Of a DNA stretch of 61,598 nt, positions 26,620-35,906 are shown in pieces. The notes beneath the pieces are model-generated. The model was not told the origin of the DNA. It did not search any database and saw nothing but the letters and a program-made list of their open reading frames with translations. The stretch comes from Candidatus Udaeobacter sp. (GTDB taxonomy: Bacteria > Verrucomicrobiota > Verrucomicrobiia > Chthoniobacterales > UBA10450), in assembly GCA_045809725.1 (NCBI GenBank), contig JBJMXF010000108.1:1-61598 (forward strand). Reading direction: 5' to 3'. The translations under genes were made by a program, and so were the position numbers. Position 1 is the stretch's first letter. Each line of letters opens with the position of its first letter.

Positions 26620-26741
26620 CCCGGTGCACAGGCTCCTGGGTGACAGCAAAAACCGTTTCAACGGTTTTCGCGACTCGGTAAGCCGTTGAAACGGCTCGGC
26701 CTTGGAGCTACGTCAATCACGGGGCTTAAGCCCGGTGTTAA
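26603..26741. repeat. Composite palindromic element, family C (second copy)
   Basis: TTAACACCAGGATTTAGCCCGGTG (26603-26626), AACCGTTTCAACGGTT (26650-26665), AGCCGTTGAAACGGCT (26680-26695) and CACGGGGCTTAAGCCCGGTGTTAA (26718-26741). It fills the convergent gap between the SDR gene and the ABC ATPase gene. Confidence 0.8.
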
Positions 26742-26759
26742 TGCCTCAGCAGGCCGCTG

Positions 26760-27785
26760 TCAGCTGACCTGTGCCGCTTCTGGCATCCCGGCTCTCGCTG
26801 TACTACCATGTTCATGGCTTTCACCGAACAGCTGGCGAATCACGTCTTCTACGGGCACTTCCTGCACGTTGATGTCGCTAACGTCGCAGGCCTCGAGAAG
26901 TTGCCGGCACGTTTCCGTAACCTTTGCGCGCGGAACCTTCAATTGTACCGACACAGGTGTTTGTTCGATGATGTCGCCAAACACCGACAGATCGCGTGTT
27001 CCTTCGGTTTCAAAAGTCAGGCTCAGAATCTTATAGCCAGAAAAACGATCGACGATCGCTGCCAACGGGCCGTCGAAAAAGATCTTACCATGATCGATCA
27101 CCAACACGCGATGACATAGCTCCTGGATGTCCTGCATGTAATGACTGGTAAGCAGTGTGACGATGCGATGCTCTTCATTGTAGATGCGCAAAAATTCGCG
27201 AACGCGTTTTTGGCTGACCACATCCAGACCGATCGTCGGCTCATCCAGAAATAACACACGCGGCTCATGAATCAGCGCCGCGATCAACTCCATTTTCATT
27301 CGTTCGCCTAACGAGAGCTCGCGCACCATCACGTTCATTTTGTCGCGCACCTCCAGAAGGTCCGACAATCCGTCCACGACTTTCTTAAACCGCTCGCGAT
27401 CGATTCCATAGATCGCACGGTTCAATTCGAGCGACTCCTGCGCCGGGAGATCCCACCAGAGCGCATTCTTTTGTCCCATTAGCAAACTGAACTGCCGTTT
27501 CATTTCGTTGCGCCTTTCCCACGGAACAAAGCCGAGCACGCGCGCTTCGCCTGAGGTCGGATTCAGCAAGCCAGACAGCATTTTAAGCACGGTAGTTTTT
27601 CCGGCGCCGTTCGGTCCGAGGAAGCCGACAAACTCCCCTTCCTCGATCTGAAATGAGACTTGATCAGCCGCGCGCGTTTCATCGTACCGCCGCCACCCCA
27701 GCCCCTTGACCGCGCCCCAGAGACCGCGCTCTTTGCGATAGGTGCGATAAATCTTGGTGAGTTCGGACGCTTCAATTGCCGCCAT
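26760..27785 (-). CDS. ABC transporter ATP-binding protein (COG4586-like, with an extra C-terminal domain)
   Basis: Walker A GPNGAGKTT, signature LSLGERMK, Walker B VLFLDEPT and an H-loop. No permease gene is adjacent. Confidence 0.9.
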   Translation of the reverse strand: MAAIEASELTKIYRTYRKERGLWGAVKGLGWRRYDETRAADQVSFQIEEGEFVGFLGPNGAGKTTVLKMLSGLLNPTSGEARVLGFVPWERRNEMKRQFSLLMGQKNALWWDLPAQESLELNRAIYGIDRERFKKVVDGLSDLLEVRDKMNVMVRELSLGERMKMELIAALIHEPRVLFLDEPTIGLDVVSQKRVREFLRIYNEEHRIVTLLTSHYMQDIQELCHRVLVIDHGKIFFDGPLAAIVDRFSGYKILSLTFETEGTRDLSVFGDIIEQTPVSVQLKVPRAKVTETCRQLLEACDVSDINVQEVPVEDVIRQLFGESHEHGSTARAGMPEAAQVS

Positions 27786-27819
27786 ACGGAGCTTTGGAAG
27801 AGGAAGCTATCAGCTTCCC

Positions 27820-28908
27820 CTACAGGAGGTCATCCAGACAGGCTAGTAAATGGGAAACGGTTTCGTCGGTTTCGTCGCCCATGTTCGACAGGCGAAACGT
27901 TTGGCCACGGATTTTGCCGTAACCGGGATCAATCACTAAATGATGTTTTTCCCGTAGCCTTCTCGCGAAGTCCAGAACGTCGATGCCTTTTCTGTTCTTC
28001 ACGCAGGTGAGCGTCTTGGTGCGGAACCCTTCCTCGGCAAAAAAATCGAATCCAGCGCGGCGCACCCAATCGTGCACGAGCGCATTTGTGCGTGCGTGAC
28101 GAGCGTAACGCGCTTCGAGGCCTTCCTCGAAAATTTCATCCACCTTAAATTGCAGGGCATGCACATGTCCGATGCTCGGTGTGCTCGGCGTCATAAATTG
28201 TGCCTGCTCGTTCTTGAACTCCAGGAAATCGAAATAAAATCCGCGATTCGCAACTTTGCCGGCTCGTTCAAACGCTTTGTCAGAAACTGAGAATAACGAA
28301 AAGCCCGGAGGCAACGCGAGCGCTTTTTGCGCTCCAGTAAGCATCACATCGATCCCGAGCGCATCCATGTCGATTTTCACACCAGAGAATGACGACACCG
28401 TATCGACGATCAGCGTGACATCGGGATATTTGGCGATGACGCAGCAAATTTCGGGGAGCGGATTCAGCACGCCCGTTGAAGTTTCACTGTGGGTCAACGT
28501 GACCGTATCGAATTTTCCAGTGGCGAGTTGCCGATCGAGATCCTTCGGATCGATATGCTTTCCCCATTCCACCTGAAGCGGTTCCGCGCTTTTTCCGCAT
28601 CGCTTCGCGACATCGAACCATTTGTCTGAAAACGCTCCGCACATGCAGCAAAGCACGCCCCGATCGACCACGTTCCGGATCGATGCTTCCATCACACCCC
28701 ACGCCGACGACGTGGAAAGAAACACCGGCTGCTTTGTGCCGAACAACGTCTGAAGTTTTGGATGAATGTCGCGGTAAAGATTTCGAAAATCTTCGCTACG
28801 ATGCCCGACCAATGGGCGTGAAAATGCCTCCCAGGTTTTTTCCGAAACTTCAACTGGACCGGGAATGAAAAGTTTGTCGTGCGGCTGCATGAACGGAACA
28901 TCGGACAT
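27820..28908 (-). CDS. Class V aminotransferase (serine-pyruvate / alanine-glyoxylate / phosphoserine aminotransferase family)
   Basis: FIPGPVEVSEKT N-terminus and the PLP-lysine context LTGAQKALALPPG. The ATG at 28908 is preferred. The upstream 18 nt belong to a 7-nt tandem repeat. Confidence 0.88.
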   Translation of the reverse strand: MSDVPFMQPHDKLFIPGPVEVSEKTWEAFSRPLVGHRSEDFRNLYRDIHPKLQTLFGTKQPVFLSTSSAWGVMEASIRNVVDRGVLCCMCGAFSDKWFDVAKRCGKSAEPLQVEWGKHIDPKDLDRQLATGKFDTVTLTHSETSTGVLNPLPEICCVIAKYPDVTLIVDTVSSFSGVKIDMDALGIDVMLTGAQKALALPPGFSLFSVSDKAFERAGKVANRGFYFDFLEFKNEQAQFMTPSTPSIGHVHALQFKVDEIFEEGLEARYARHARTNALVHDWVRRAGFDFFAEEGFRTKTLTCVKNRKGIDVLDFARRLREKHHLVIDPGYGKIRGQTFRLSNMGDETDETVSHLLACLDDLL

Positions 28909-28985
28909 CCGACATCCAACATCCAAGCTTAAAGTTCTGCGGGCTTAGTTGCACTCGTGTGCATTGAGCCGTACGCGTCACGCAT

Positions 28986-29999
28986 ATGCATCGCCTGTTT
29001 CTTTCTTTGGTCTTTTGGCTTCTTCTCGTCAGTGTGATGCGCGCTGAACCCCGCACGTATCTCGTGTTCGTCAGCAACGAACGCTCAGGCGACGTCACGG
29101 TGATTGATGGAACCACAGATGATGTCCTCGGAACGTTTCCAGTGGGCAAACGGCCACGCGGCATTCACGCAACGCCAGATGGCCGGCGGGTCTTTGTTAC
29201 ATTGAGCGGCTCGCCGCGTATGGCGCCCGGCCTGGATCAAAATCGCGCGCCGGCGGACAAGCGCGCCGACGCTCTCGGCGTCATCGATCCATCGCAACGC
29301 AAATTGACAGATCGGTGGCACGTTGGATCGGACCCTGAGCAATTCGCGATCAGCAAAGATGGAAAATTCGCATTCATCGCAAATGAAGACGACGCGAGCG
29401 TGTCGGTTGTCGAGCTTGATTCGGGACAATCGCGGGGAAACATAAAAGTTTCGGAAGAGCCCGAAGGCGTCGGCGTTAATCCAGCAAACGGCGAAGTGTA
29501 CGTTACCTGCGAAGACAAGGGCGAAGTGTTCGCCATCAATCCTGATCAACAGCGTGTGATCGCAACCATCGAAACCGGAGGCCGGCCACGTTCGGTGGCA
29601 TTTTCACCTGACGGCTCGCGCGCGTACGTTGCTTGTGAAAACCTCGGTTATGTCGCCGGGCTCGATACCAAGGAACATAAACTGTTGTCGAAAATTCAAT
29701 TGCCGAAAGGCTCGCTACCAATGGGCACCGTCGTTTCGGCTGACGGAAAAGAGCTTTACGTGTCAACCGGCCGCGGCAACGCCATAGCGATCATCGACAC
29801 CCAAAAGAATGAACTAGCGACAACGATTCCGGTCGGAAACCGTGTCTGGGGTATCGCGCTCGATCACAGCGGGACAAAGCTCTACACCGCTAACGGAGCA
29901 TCAAACGACGTCTCCGTTGTCGATGTAAAATCGCGCAAAGAACTTCGTCGCATCAAAGTCGGCGACGGTCCCTGGGGTATCGCGATTGTCCCGAAGTAG
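28986..29999 (+). CDS. Secreted YVTN-type beta-propeller repeat protein
   Basis: Signal peptide MHRLFLSLVFWLLLVSVMRA. Repeated about 40-aa units carry G..P.G.a.spDG...yV motifs (for example GKRPRGIHATPDGRRVFV and GGRPRSVAFSPDGSRAYV). Confidence 0.8.
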   Translation: MHRLFLSLVFWLLLVSVMRAEPRTYLVFVSNERSGDVTVIDGTTDDVLGTFPVGKRPRGIHATPDGRRVFVTLSGSPRMAPGLDQNRAPADKRADALGVIDPSQRKLTDRWHVGSDPEQFAISKDGKFAFIANEDDASVSVVELDSGQSRGNIKVSEEPEGVGVNPANGEVYVTCEDKGEVFAINPDQQRVIATIETGGRPRSVAFSPDGSRAYVACENLGYVAGLDTKEHKLLSKIQLPKGSLPMGTVVSADGKELYVSTGRGNAIAIIDTQKNELATTIPVGNRVWGIALDHSGTKLYTANGASNDVSVVDVKSRKELRRIKVGDGPWGIAIVPK

Positions 30000-30027
30000 C
30001 GGCGGCTTCGGCGAACGTTCCCCGCGA

Positions 30028-32493
30028 TCACCCGCTGACGTAATTCGGATAACGTTCGCGCAGCTCGCGCGAGAGGCGATCTGCTTCCTCGCTCTTACCA
30101 GCCTGACGAAATGCCACCGCGGCTTTGTCCAGCGCGCGCGGAGTGATGGCTGGATCGTCATAAAGCAGGGCGACTCCCTTAAAGGCTTTGCCGGCGTCGT
30201 CGAAGTTCCCGCGCTCCAGTTGGACTTCACCGGCGAGCAGACGTGCTTCCGCGTTTACCCGACCCTCAGGTTGGAGCGCCATGATTTCTTCAGCGATCTT
30301 CTGCGCCTCATCGGGTTTATGAGCGCTAATCTTAACTGTCCCGAGCGTCAGCAACACTTTCGCCTTACCCGCGGGATCTTTGGCAGTTTGGAGATATTTC
30401 GCGAAGGCTTCCTCCGCTTCGGGCAGATTCTTTAGCTTCGTAGCCGCGTCGCCGAGATAAAATAAATAATCGGGTTTGATCTTGCCTGCATTGTCCGTTT
30501 TTCGAAGGGCGCTGAGATATTTTTCCGCGGCCTGAAAATTTTTCTCGTTGTAATATTGAATTCCAAGCCACTCCAAAACCTCAAGCGGCACACTGGCGTT
30601 CTGACTTTCCGCCATGAAATTGTTCACTTCTTTGGTGAGCGCAGGGCGATCTCTCAAATAAAAATGGCAAAGAATAATCCGAACAGACGCGAGATTGTAA
30701 TACTGCTCCTTGTTCAGTTGACGTGCAGTGTTTAGCGCAGTCAATGCCGTCTTATAATCCTTCGCTTCAAACGCTGTCTTGCCGATGTAGTAGTGCGCCT
30801 GCGCTGCGACAGAACTCTTCGGATATTCCCTCAGGAGTTGCCGAAAAGTGTCGACCATCCCCTTGGTATTGTCCTGTTGGCCAAGTATGAGAGCCTTCAA
30901 CTGCAACGCCGCCTCGCGCTCGTGTGCCTTCGGATATTTGGCAAGAATAATGGTTAGATCCGTAAGCGCGGCAGAGTAGTTCTTGCTCTGCTCGTAAGCC
31001 AAAGCGCGCTGAGCAAGGGCAGCCGGAATTTGCGGAGTGTCGGGAAACGTCTGCAAGTAATATGTAAAAGCTTCGATGACGCCGGGAGTGTCTTTCGTTT
31101 GGACGTGGCACAAACCGAGTTTGTATGCCGCTTCCGCGCGCAGCCGCGGAGAAAGCTCCGACGCGCGCAACTCGCCGTACAACAACGCTGCATCTGTGTA
31201 GTTCTGCTGTTTGTAAAGCGCCTCGGCTTTTAACAACTTGGCTTGATCGGCGCGCTCATTTGTGGGGTTTGTTGCAAGGAATTGGTCCACGGCCGCGGAG
31301 AGCGCCGACGGATCTGAATTGTAGACATTGATCAGTTGCTGATAAGCGGCATCCTTAGCCTCTTCCCGATCCGGGAACTTTGTGGTGATCTGGTGGTAGA
31401 GTGCGCCGGCTTCTTTTGGATGGCCAAGTTGCCGTTCACTGTTTGCTGCGAGCAACAACACTTCTGCCTGCGCGGCCTCGGGAAGCTTGTCCAATTCCTT
31501 TTTATAATCGGCCAGCAACTGCGAATACTGACCGGTCTGATATTGCAACCGGCGAAGACCCACTTGCGCAATCGCCCGGAACTTTCCTGCGTCAGAGAGA
31601 GCGCGTCCCTTTTGAAACAACGCGGTGGCTCGATCGACCATGGCCTTGTCCGTTTTGCCTTTCTCCGCTTGGACAAGTTCTAGCGCTATCAAGCCTCCAC
31701 GTGTCGCACACTCTGCTTTCAACGCCGGTTTCGATGCCTCGTTAGCCAGTGCTTCGTACTGCTTCAGTGCATCGAGCTTTTTTCCCCGTGCGTCAAAGAT
31801 GGATGCTGCCGTTACTCGTGCGTCTTCGCGATACGGATTTGGATTTCCCACCTCGGCGACCTGCGCATAAATATCTGCGGCTTCATCTTTCTTGCCCAGG
31901 GCTTCAAGGCAGCGCGCTTCGAAATAACGTGCAGACAGCGCGACCGCCGATTCTTTCGATTTAGCCGCGGAACGATGAAAAAGCGGGAGCGCAGTGGCGT
32001 AGTCTTTATCGGTGAACGCCATCTCCGCGAGCGCGAAGGCTGCTGGGCCCGCAAATTCGCTGTCGCCGTACTCCGTGAGAACTTTCTGAAGATTCGTACG
32101 GGCATTCGCATCTCGATGGAGGTTTCTATAACATTCGCCGAGCGAGAAATACGCATTCGCGCGGCCAGCGCGGCCGGGATACTCGTCGAGATATTTTTGA
32201 TATTCCGGAATCGCCAGGTCGTACAATTTGCGAGTGAACAATCCATTGGCGTAGTCGAGTTGACGCTGATCCGCTCCTTCAGCTTCTCCCTTTGATGGTT
32301 CTGGAACGTCCTCCTTTAATGAGCGGAGGACTTTATCGATTGATTCGTCTGCCGGGACCGCGCGCCGAACAGGCGGTTCATCTACCGGACGAGCCCGCCG
32401 CACTTCCGGCTCCGATTGGGATATGGCGATGCTCGCCGTGCAAAGCAGCATCGCCAGTCCAAAAAGACTGGCCGCGCCGCGGGTGATCTTCAT
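30028..32493 (-). CDS. Large secreted/periplasmic TPR-repeat protein (CpoB/YbgF-like role possible)
   Basis: The ATG at 32493 overlaps the exbD stop (ATGA). Signal peptide MKITRGAASLFGLAMLLCTASIA, then a Pro/Arg-rich linker and about 780 aa of TPR-like repeats. Confidence 0.85.
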   Translation of the reverse strand: MKITRGAASLFGLAMLLCTASIAISQSEPEVRRARPVDEPPVRRAVPADESIDKVLRSLKEDVPEPSKGEAEGADQRQLDYANGLFTRKLYDLAIPEYQKYLDEYPGRAGRANAYFSLGECYRNLHRDANARTNLQKVLTEYGDSEFAGPAAFALAEMAFTDKDYATALPLFHRSAAKSKESAVALSARYFEARCLEALGKKDEAADIYAQVAEVGNPNPYREDARVTAASIFDARGKKLDALKQYEALANEASKPALKAECATRGGLIALELVQAEKGKTDKAMVDRATALFQKGRALSDAGKFRAIAQVGLRRLQYQTGQYSQLLADYKKELDKLPEAAQAEVLLLAANSERQLGHPKEAGALYHQITTKFPDREEAKDAAYQQLINVYNSDPSALSAAVDQFLATNPTNERADQAKLLKAEALYKQQNYTDAALLYGELRASELSPRLRAEAAYKLGLCHVQTKDTPGVIEAFTYYLQTFPDTPQIPAALAQRALAYEQSKNYSAALTDLTIILAKYPKAHEREAALQLKALILGQQDNTKGMVDTFRQLLREYPKSSVAAQAHYYIGKTAFEAKDYKTALTALNTARQLNKEQYYNLASVRIILCHFYLRDRPALTKEVNNFMAESQNASVPLEVLEWLGIQYYNEKNFQAAEKYLSALRKTDNAGKIKPDYLFYLGDAATKLKNLPEAEEAFAKYLQTAKDPAGKAKVLLTLGTVKISAHKPDEAQKIAEEIMALQPEGRVNAEARLLAGEVQLERGNFDDAGKAFKGVALLYDDPAITPRALDKAAVAFRQAGKSEEADRLSRELRERYPNYVSG

Positions 32494-32897
32494 CTTGCCG
32501 TGGCGAAAGCTACGTTGGTTACCCCTGCTTCGGTGCACACGTTCAACACCTCGACAATGTTTTTGTAGGCGCCGGCTTCGTCGCCGCGAATCACCACCGC
32601 TTGTTCGGGATTCAGTTGAACCATGCCTTTGAGTAATTCCTGGAGCTCGGCACTGGTGAGGGTGCGGCGGTTTACAACTACATTGCCATCCGCCTTGACG
32701 TTCACGATAACATCGCCAATCGGCGCTGCCTTCTCCTTCGCTGCCGAGGCCTTCGGCACTTTCACGTCGAGCTCGTTCTCAGTGCGCGCTGCATTCCACG
32801 TAAGCAGGAAAAAAATCAGAAGAAGCAGCAATACATCGACCAGCGGGGCAAGCTGAATGCCCGGATGATGCAAAGGCGCTCGTCCGCGAAGGTTCAT
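32490..32897 (-). CDS. exbD: Biopolymer transport protein ExbD/TolR
   Basis: 135 aa. N-terminal TM segment LAPLVDVLLLLLIFFLL, followed by a periplasmic ExbD fold (VIRGDEAGAYKNIVEVLNVC). Confidence 0.9.
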   Translation of the reverse strand: MNLRGRAPLHHPGIQLAPLVDVLLLLLIFFLLTWNAARTENELDVKVPKASAAKEKAAPIGDVIVNVKADGNVVVNRRTLTSAELQELLKGMVQLNPEQAVVIRGDEAGAYKNIVEVLNVCTEAGVTNVAFATAR

Positions 32898-32912
32898 AAG
32901 AGCAACCGAGTT

Positions 32913-33677
32913 TTACAGCTCGTCTTCAAGTAAAACAGGAGCTCGCTCAGCCCGTCTGCCGTATTGCAATGAAAGCAACGCCAGAACGTGCGTCGAAGCA
33001 GCCTCGAGTTCCGATATCAACTTCTGCGATCTGCCTCGGAAGAATGCATAAAAGATCATGGCCGGAATGCCGATCGCCAGGCCCGCGGCGGTGTTGACAA
33101 GAGCTTCACTGATTCCGCGCGATAGCGCCGCGTAACGCGCCGAACCAACATCAGCACCTAAGGCGCCGAAGGAACGAATGATCCCGAAAACCGTACCGAG
33201 CAAACCCAGCAGTGGCGCAATCATGCCGATATCTGCCAGGTAAATTACACGGTTGTTCAAACTCGCGGCGACGCGTGTTCCTTCTGTCTCGGCGATTTCG
33301 CGGACCTGTTGCAAATCCGCGTGTGGATTCTTGGTTGTGAAATCCAGCATTTTTTGCACGACCCGCGCAATCGCTTCTCCATGTCGATTGGAAACAGCCA
33401 AAAGCCCGAGATAATCGCGTTTACGAAGGAGCGCATCGGCAGTCGCCATGTAACCGCTCGAAACGACTGCTCCGCGCCGGATCGTCAGGAAGTAAACGAC
33501 CACAAGCGCGACGAAAAAAACCGATAACAAGAACATCGGAATCATCACCGGACCCGCTTTGACAAGCGTCTCCAGCACCGTTTGCGAATGCTGGGGGACC
33601 AATGGCGGCGTGGGCTCCTGCGCGAGCAGAGGCGACGCGCCCCCCAGCGCGACAAAGAGCACAACCCAAATCTTCAT
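32913..33677 (-). CDS. exbB: MotA/TolQ/ExbB proton-channel protein with an N-terminal signal peptide
   Basis: The C-terminal GLLGTVFGIIRSF...ISEALVNTAAGLAIGIPAMIFY is the ExbB/TolQ signature. The ATG at 33677 (MKIWVVLFVALGGASPLLAQ) is preferred over the track start at 33779. Confidence 0.88.
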   Translation of the reverse strand: MKIWVVLFVALGGASPLLAQEPTPPLVPQHSQTVLETLVKAGPVMIPMFLLSVFFVALVVVYFLTIRRGAVVSSGYMATADALLRKRDYLGLLAVSNRHGEAIARVVQKMLDFTTKNPHADLQQVREIAETEGTRVAASLNNRVIYLADIGMIAPLLGLLGTVFGIIRSFGALGADVGSARYAALSRGISEALVNTAAGLAIGIPAMIFYAFFRGRSQKLISELEAASTHVLALLSLQYGRRAERAPVLLEDEL

Positions 33678-33832
33678 GCCGGAAATTTTGTAATGATATG
33701 CGGAGCGAAACATCGATGCAAATCGGCCCAAGGGCCTGCGTTGAGCATTAGAGGTATGTCGCAGCAAATTGTTCATCATTGCTTTTAGTTGCCTGTCCGT
33801 CGCCGGTGAAGATTAACTTCGCTGCGGACTCG

Positions 33833-35782
33833 TCATTGGCGGTGGACGAGAAAAACATGTGCAGGTTGAATTTCGGGATCGAGTTCAACGTAGTTTTGCC
33901 GCCCGCGCCAGGTGTAACGCGCATTGTTCAACAAATCGTGCACTTGGTACTCATCGCCCTCCATCTGCCCGAATTCCTCAATCGGCACATCGACAAATGA
34001 ATTTTGCTTCCGAAACGGGTCAAGATTCACCACCACGAGGATGATGTTGTCGCGCGCGGGGGTCATCTTGCCGTAGAACAAGATCGCATCGTTATCGGCG
34101 GGATAGAAACGCAGGTTCGTTAACAATTGAAGCGCCCGATTCTGCTTCCGGATTTGGTTTATGCGCGTGATCCAATCTTTGATGTTTCCCGGCGCATTCC
34201 AATCGCGTTCCTTGAATTGGTACTTCTCGGAATCCAGATATTCCTCACGACCCGGTAACGCTTCGTTTTCGCACAGTTCGTATCCACTGTAGATTCCATA
34301 AAGAGGCGACAGCGTCGCGGCCATGAGCACCCGAATCATGAACGCCGGGCGGCCGCCCTCTTGAAGCACAAACGGGAGAATGTCAGGCGTGTTCGGCCAA
34401 AGGCTAGGCCGAAAATATTCGCTCATCTCAGTCTGGGTAAGCTCAGTGAAATAATCGATGAGCTCCTGCTTCGACTTTCGCCACGTAAAATAGGTGTAGC
34501 TCTGGCTAAACCCTGCTCTCGCCAGCGCTTTCATCATCTTTGGCCTGGTGAACGCTTCCGCGAGAAAAATCGCGTCGGGATATTTTTCGCGGACCCCTTC
34601 AATCAAATACTCCCAGAAGGCGACCGGTTTGGTGTGCGGATTGTCGACACGAAAGATCCGCACACCGCGGTCAGCCCAAAAAAGTACGATGCTCTTCATC
34701 TCGGCCCAGAGCTCGTGCCAGTTTTCGCATCGGAAATTTATCGGATAAATGTCTTCGTATTTTTTCGGCGGATTCTCCGCGAATTTGATCGTGCCGTCCG
34801 GCCGTTTGTAGAACCAGTCGGGATGTTCCCTGACGTACGGATGATCGGGCGAGCAGTTAATCGCGAAATCTAGTGCGATTTCCATTCCGCGTTTGCGCAC
34901 CTCCTTTTGCAGCCAATCAAAATCCTCCAGCGTGCCTAACGAGGGTTCGACCGCTTTGTGTCCGCCAGCGTGGCCACCGATCGCCCACGGCACTCCCGGA
35001 TCGCCTGATTCGCAGGTGACTGCGTTATTCCGACCCTTGCGACTGGTTTGGCCGATTGGATGGATCGGCGGAAAATAAAGAATGTCGAACCCCATCGCTT
35101 TTGCGTCGTCCACGCGCGGCAGGCAATCCCGAAAGGTCGATCCGCGGTCCCCGTGCCCTTCTGCCGAGCGTGGGAAAAATTCGTACCACGCGCCAAACAA
35201 CGCCACCGGCCGATCGACCACGACGCGGGGAACCGGCTCACATTGCGTGGCATCCGCGCGATCAGGGTGGGTCGCCATGAGTACTTCCAGCTCACCTGAC
35301 TTCGCGACTGCGTAAATTTCTGAATTGGGTCCGGTGACGATTTTCTCGGCAAATTCGCGCAGACGCGCGCAGTCTGCCCGGTCACGCGCACGGCTGGCGG
35401 CTCCTTTCACAATTTGCGCGCCTTCCAACGCTTCGCTGTGCAAGTCGGCTATCCCGCCCTCAAATTTCTTTGCGAACTCTTGCTGCCAGCTGCGGAACGT
35501 ATCTGTCCACGCTTCGACTGTGTATTCGTGAATGGCTTGATCGTACAGTGGGCAAACGCCGCGCCAGCGATCGTTATCCACAAAGATCATCGGCGTTTCC
35601 CGCCATGCCCGTTTCCCAACAACACGCCATTTCAAAACCGCGGCAACTACATCGTGGCCATCTTTGAAAATGTCGGCTTCCACTGCGAGATCTTCGCCCA
35701 CGATGCGCTTGATTGGCGAGCGGCCGCAATCAATCAGCGGCTGCACATTGTCGATCACGACCGATGGAAACCTGCGGGCCAT
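33833..35782 (-). CDS. glgE: Alpha-1,4-glucan:maltose-1-phosphate maltosyltransferase GlgE
   Basis: VVIDNVQPLIDCGRSPIKRIVGEDLAVEADIFKDGHD is the typical GlgE N-terminus. GH13 catalytic blocks are present (GVRIFRVDNPHTKP, AIFLAEAFT). Confidence 0.93.
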   Translation of the reverse strand: MARRFPSVVIDNVQPLIDCGRSPIKRIVGEDLAVEADIFKDGHDVVAAVLKWRVVGKRAWRETPMIFVDNDRWRGVCPLYDQAIHEYTVEAWTDTFRSWQQEFAKKFEGGIADLHSEALEGAQIVKGAASRARDRADCARLREFAEKIVTGPNSEIYAVAKSGELEVLMATHPDRADATQCEPVPRVVVDRPVALFGAWYEFFPRSAEGHGDRGSTFRDCLPRVDDAKAMGFDILYFPPIHPIGQTSRKGRNNAVTCESGDPGVPWAIGGHAGGHKAVEPSLGTLEDFDWLQKEVRKRGMEIALDFAINCSPDHPYVREHPDWFYKRPDGTIKFAENPPKKYEDIYPINFRCENWHELWAEMKSIVLFWADRGVRIFRVDNPHTKPVAFWEYLIEGVREKYPDAIFLAEAFTRPKMMKALARAGFSQSYTYFTWRKSKQELIDYFTELTQTEMSEYFRPSLWPNTPDILPFVLQEGGRPAFMIRVLMAATLSPLYGIYSGYELCENEALPGREEYLDSEKYQFKERDWNAPGNIKDWITRINQIRKQNRALQLLTNLRFYPADNDAILFYGKMTPARDNIILVVVNLDPFRKQNSFVDVPIEEFGQMEGDEYQVHDLLNNARYTWRGRQNYVELDPEIQPAHVFLVHRQ

Positions 35783-35906
35783 GCGCCACCAATCAACCGA
35801 GATTCACATGAGCGAAAGGATAAATCCCATTGTGCGCGGCACGCAGCGACCGGCCACGCATCCGCACAGCGTTCAGCTGGAAACCCGAGCTACTGCAGCG
35901 ACTTAG

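Noticed and set aside
35574-35582. A perfect DnaA box TTATCCACA.
   Set aside because: It is a single isolated site inside the glgE coding sequence, which is expected by chance in 61 kb.
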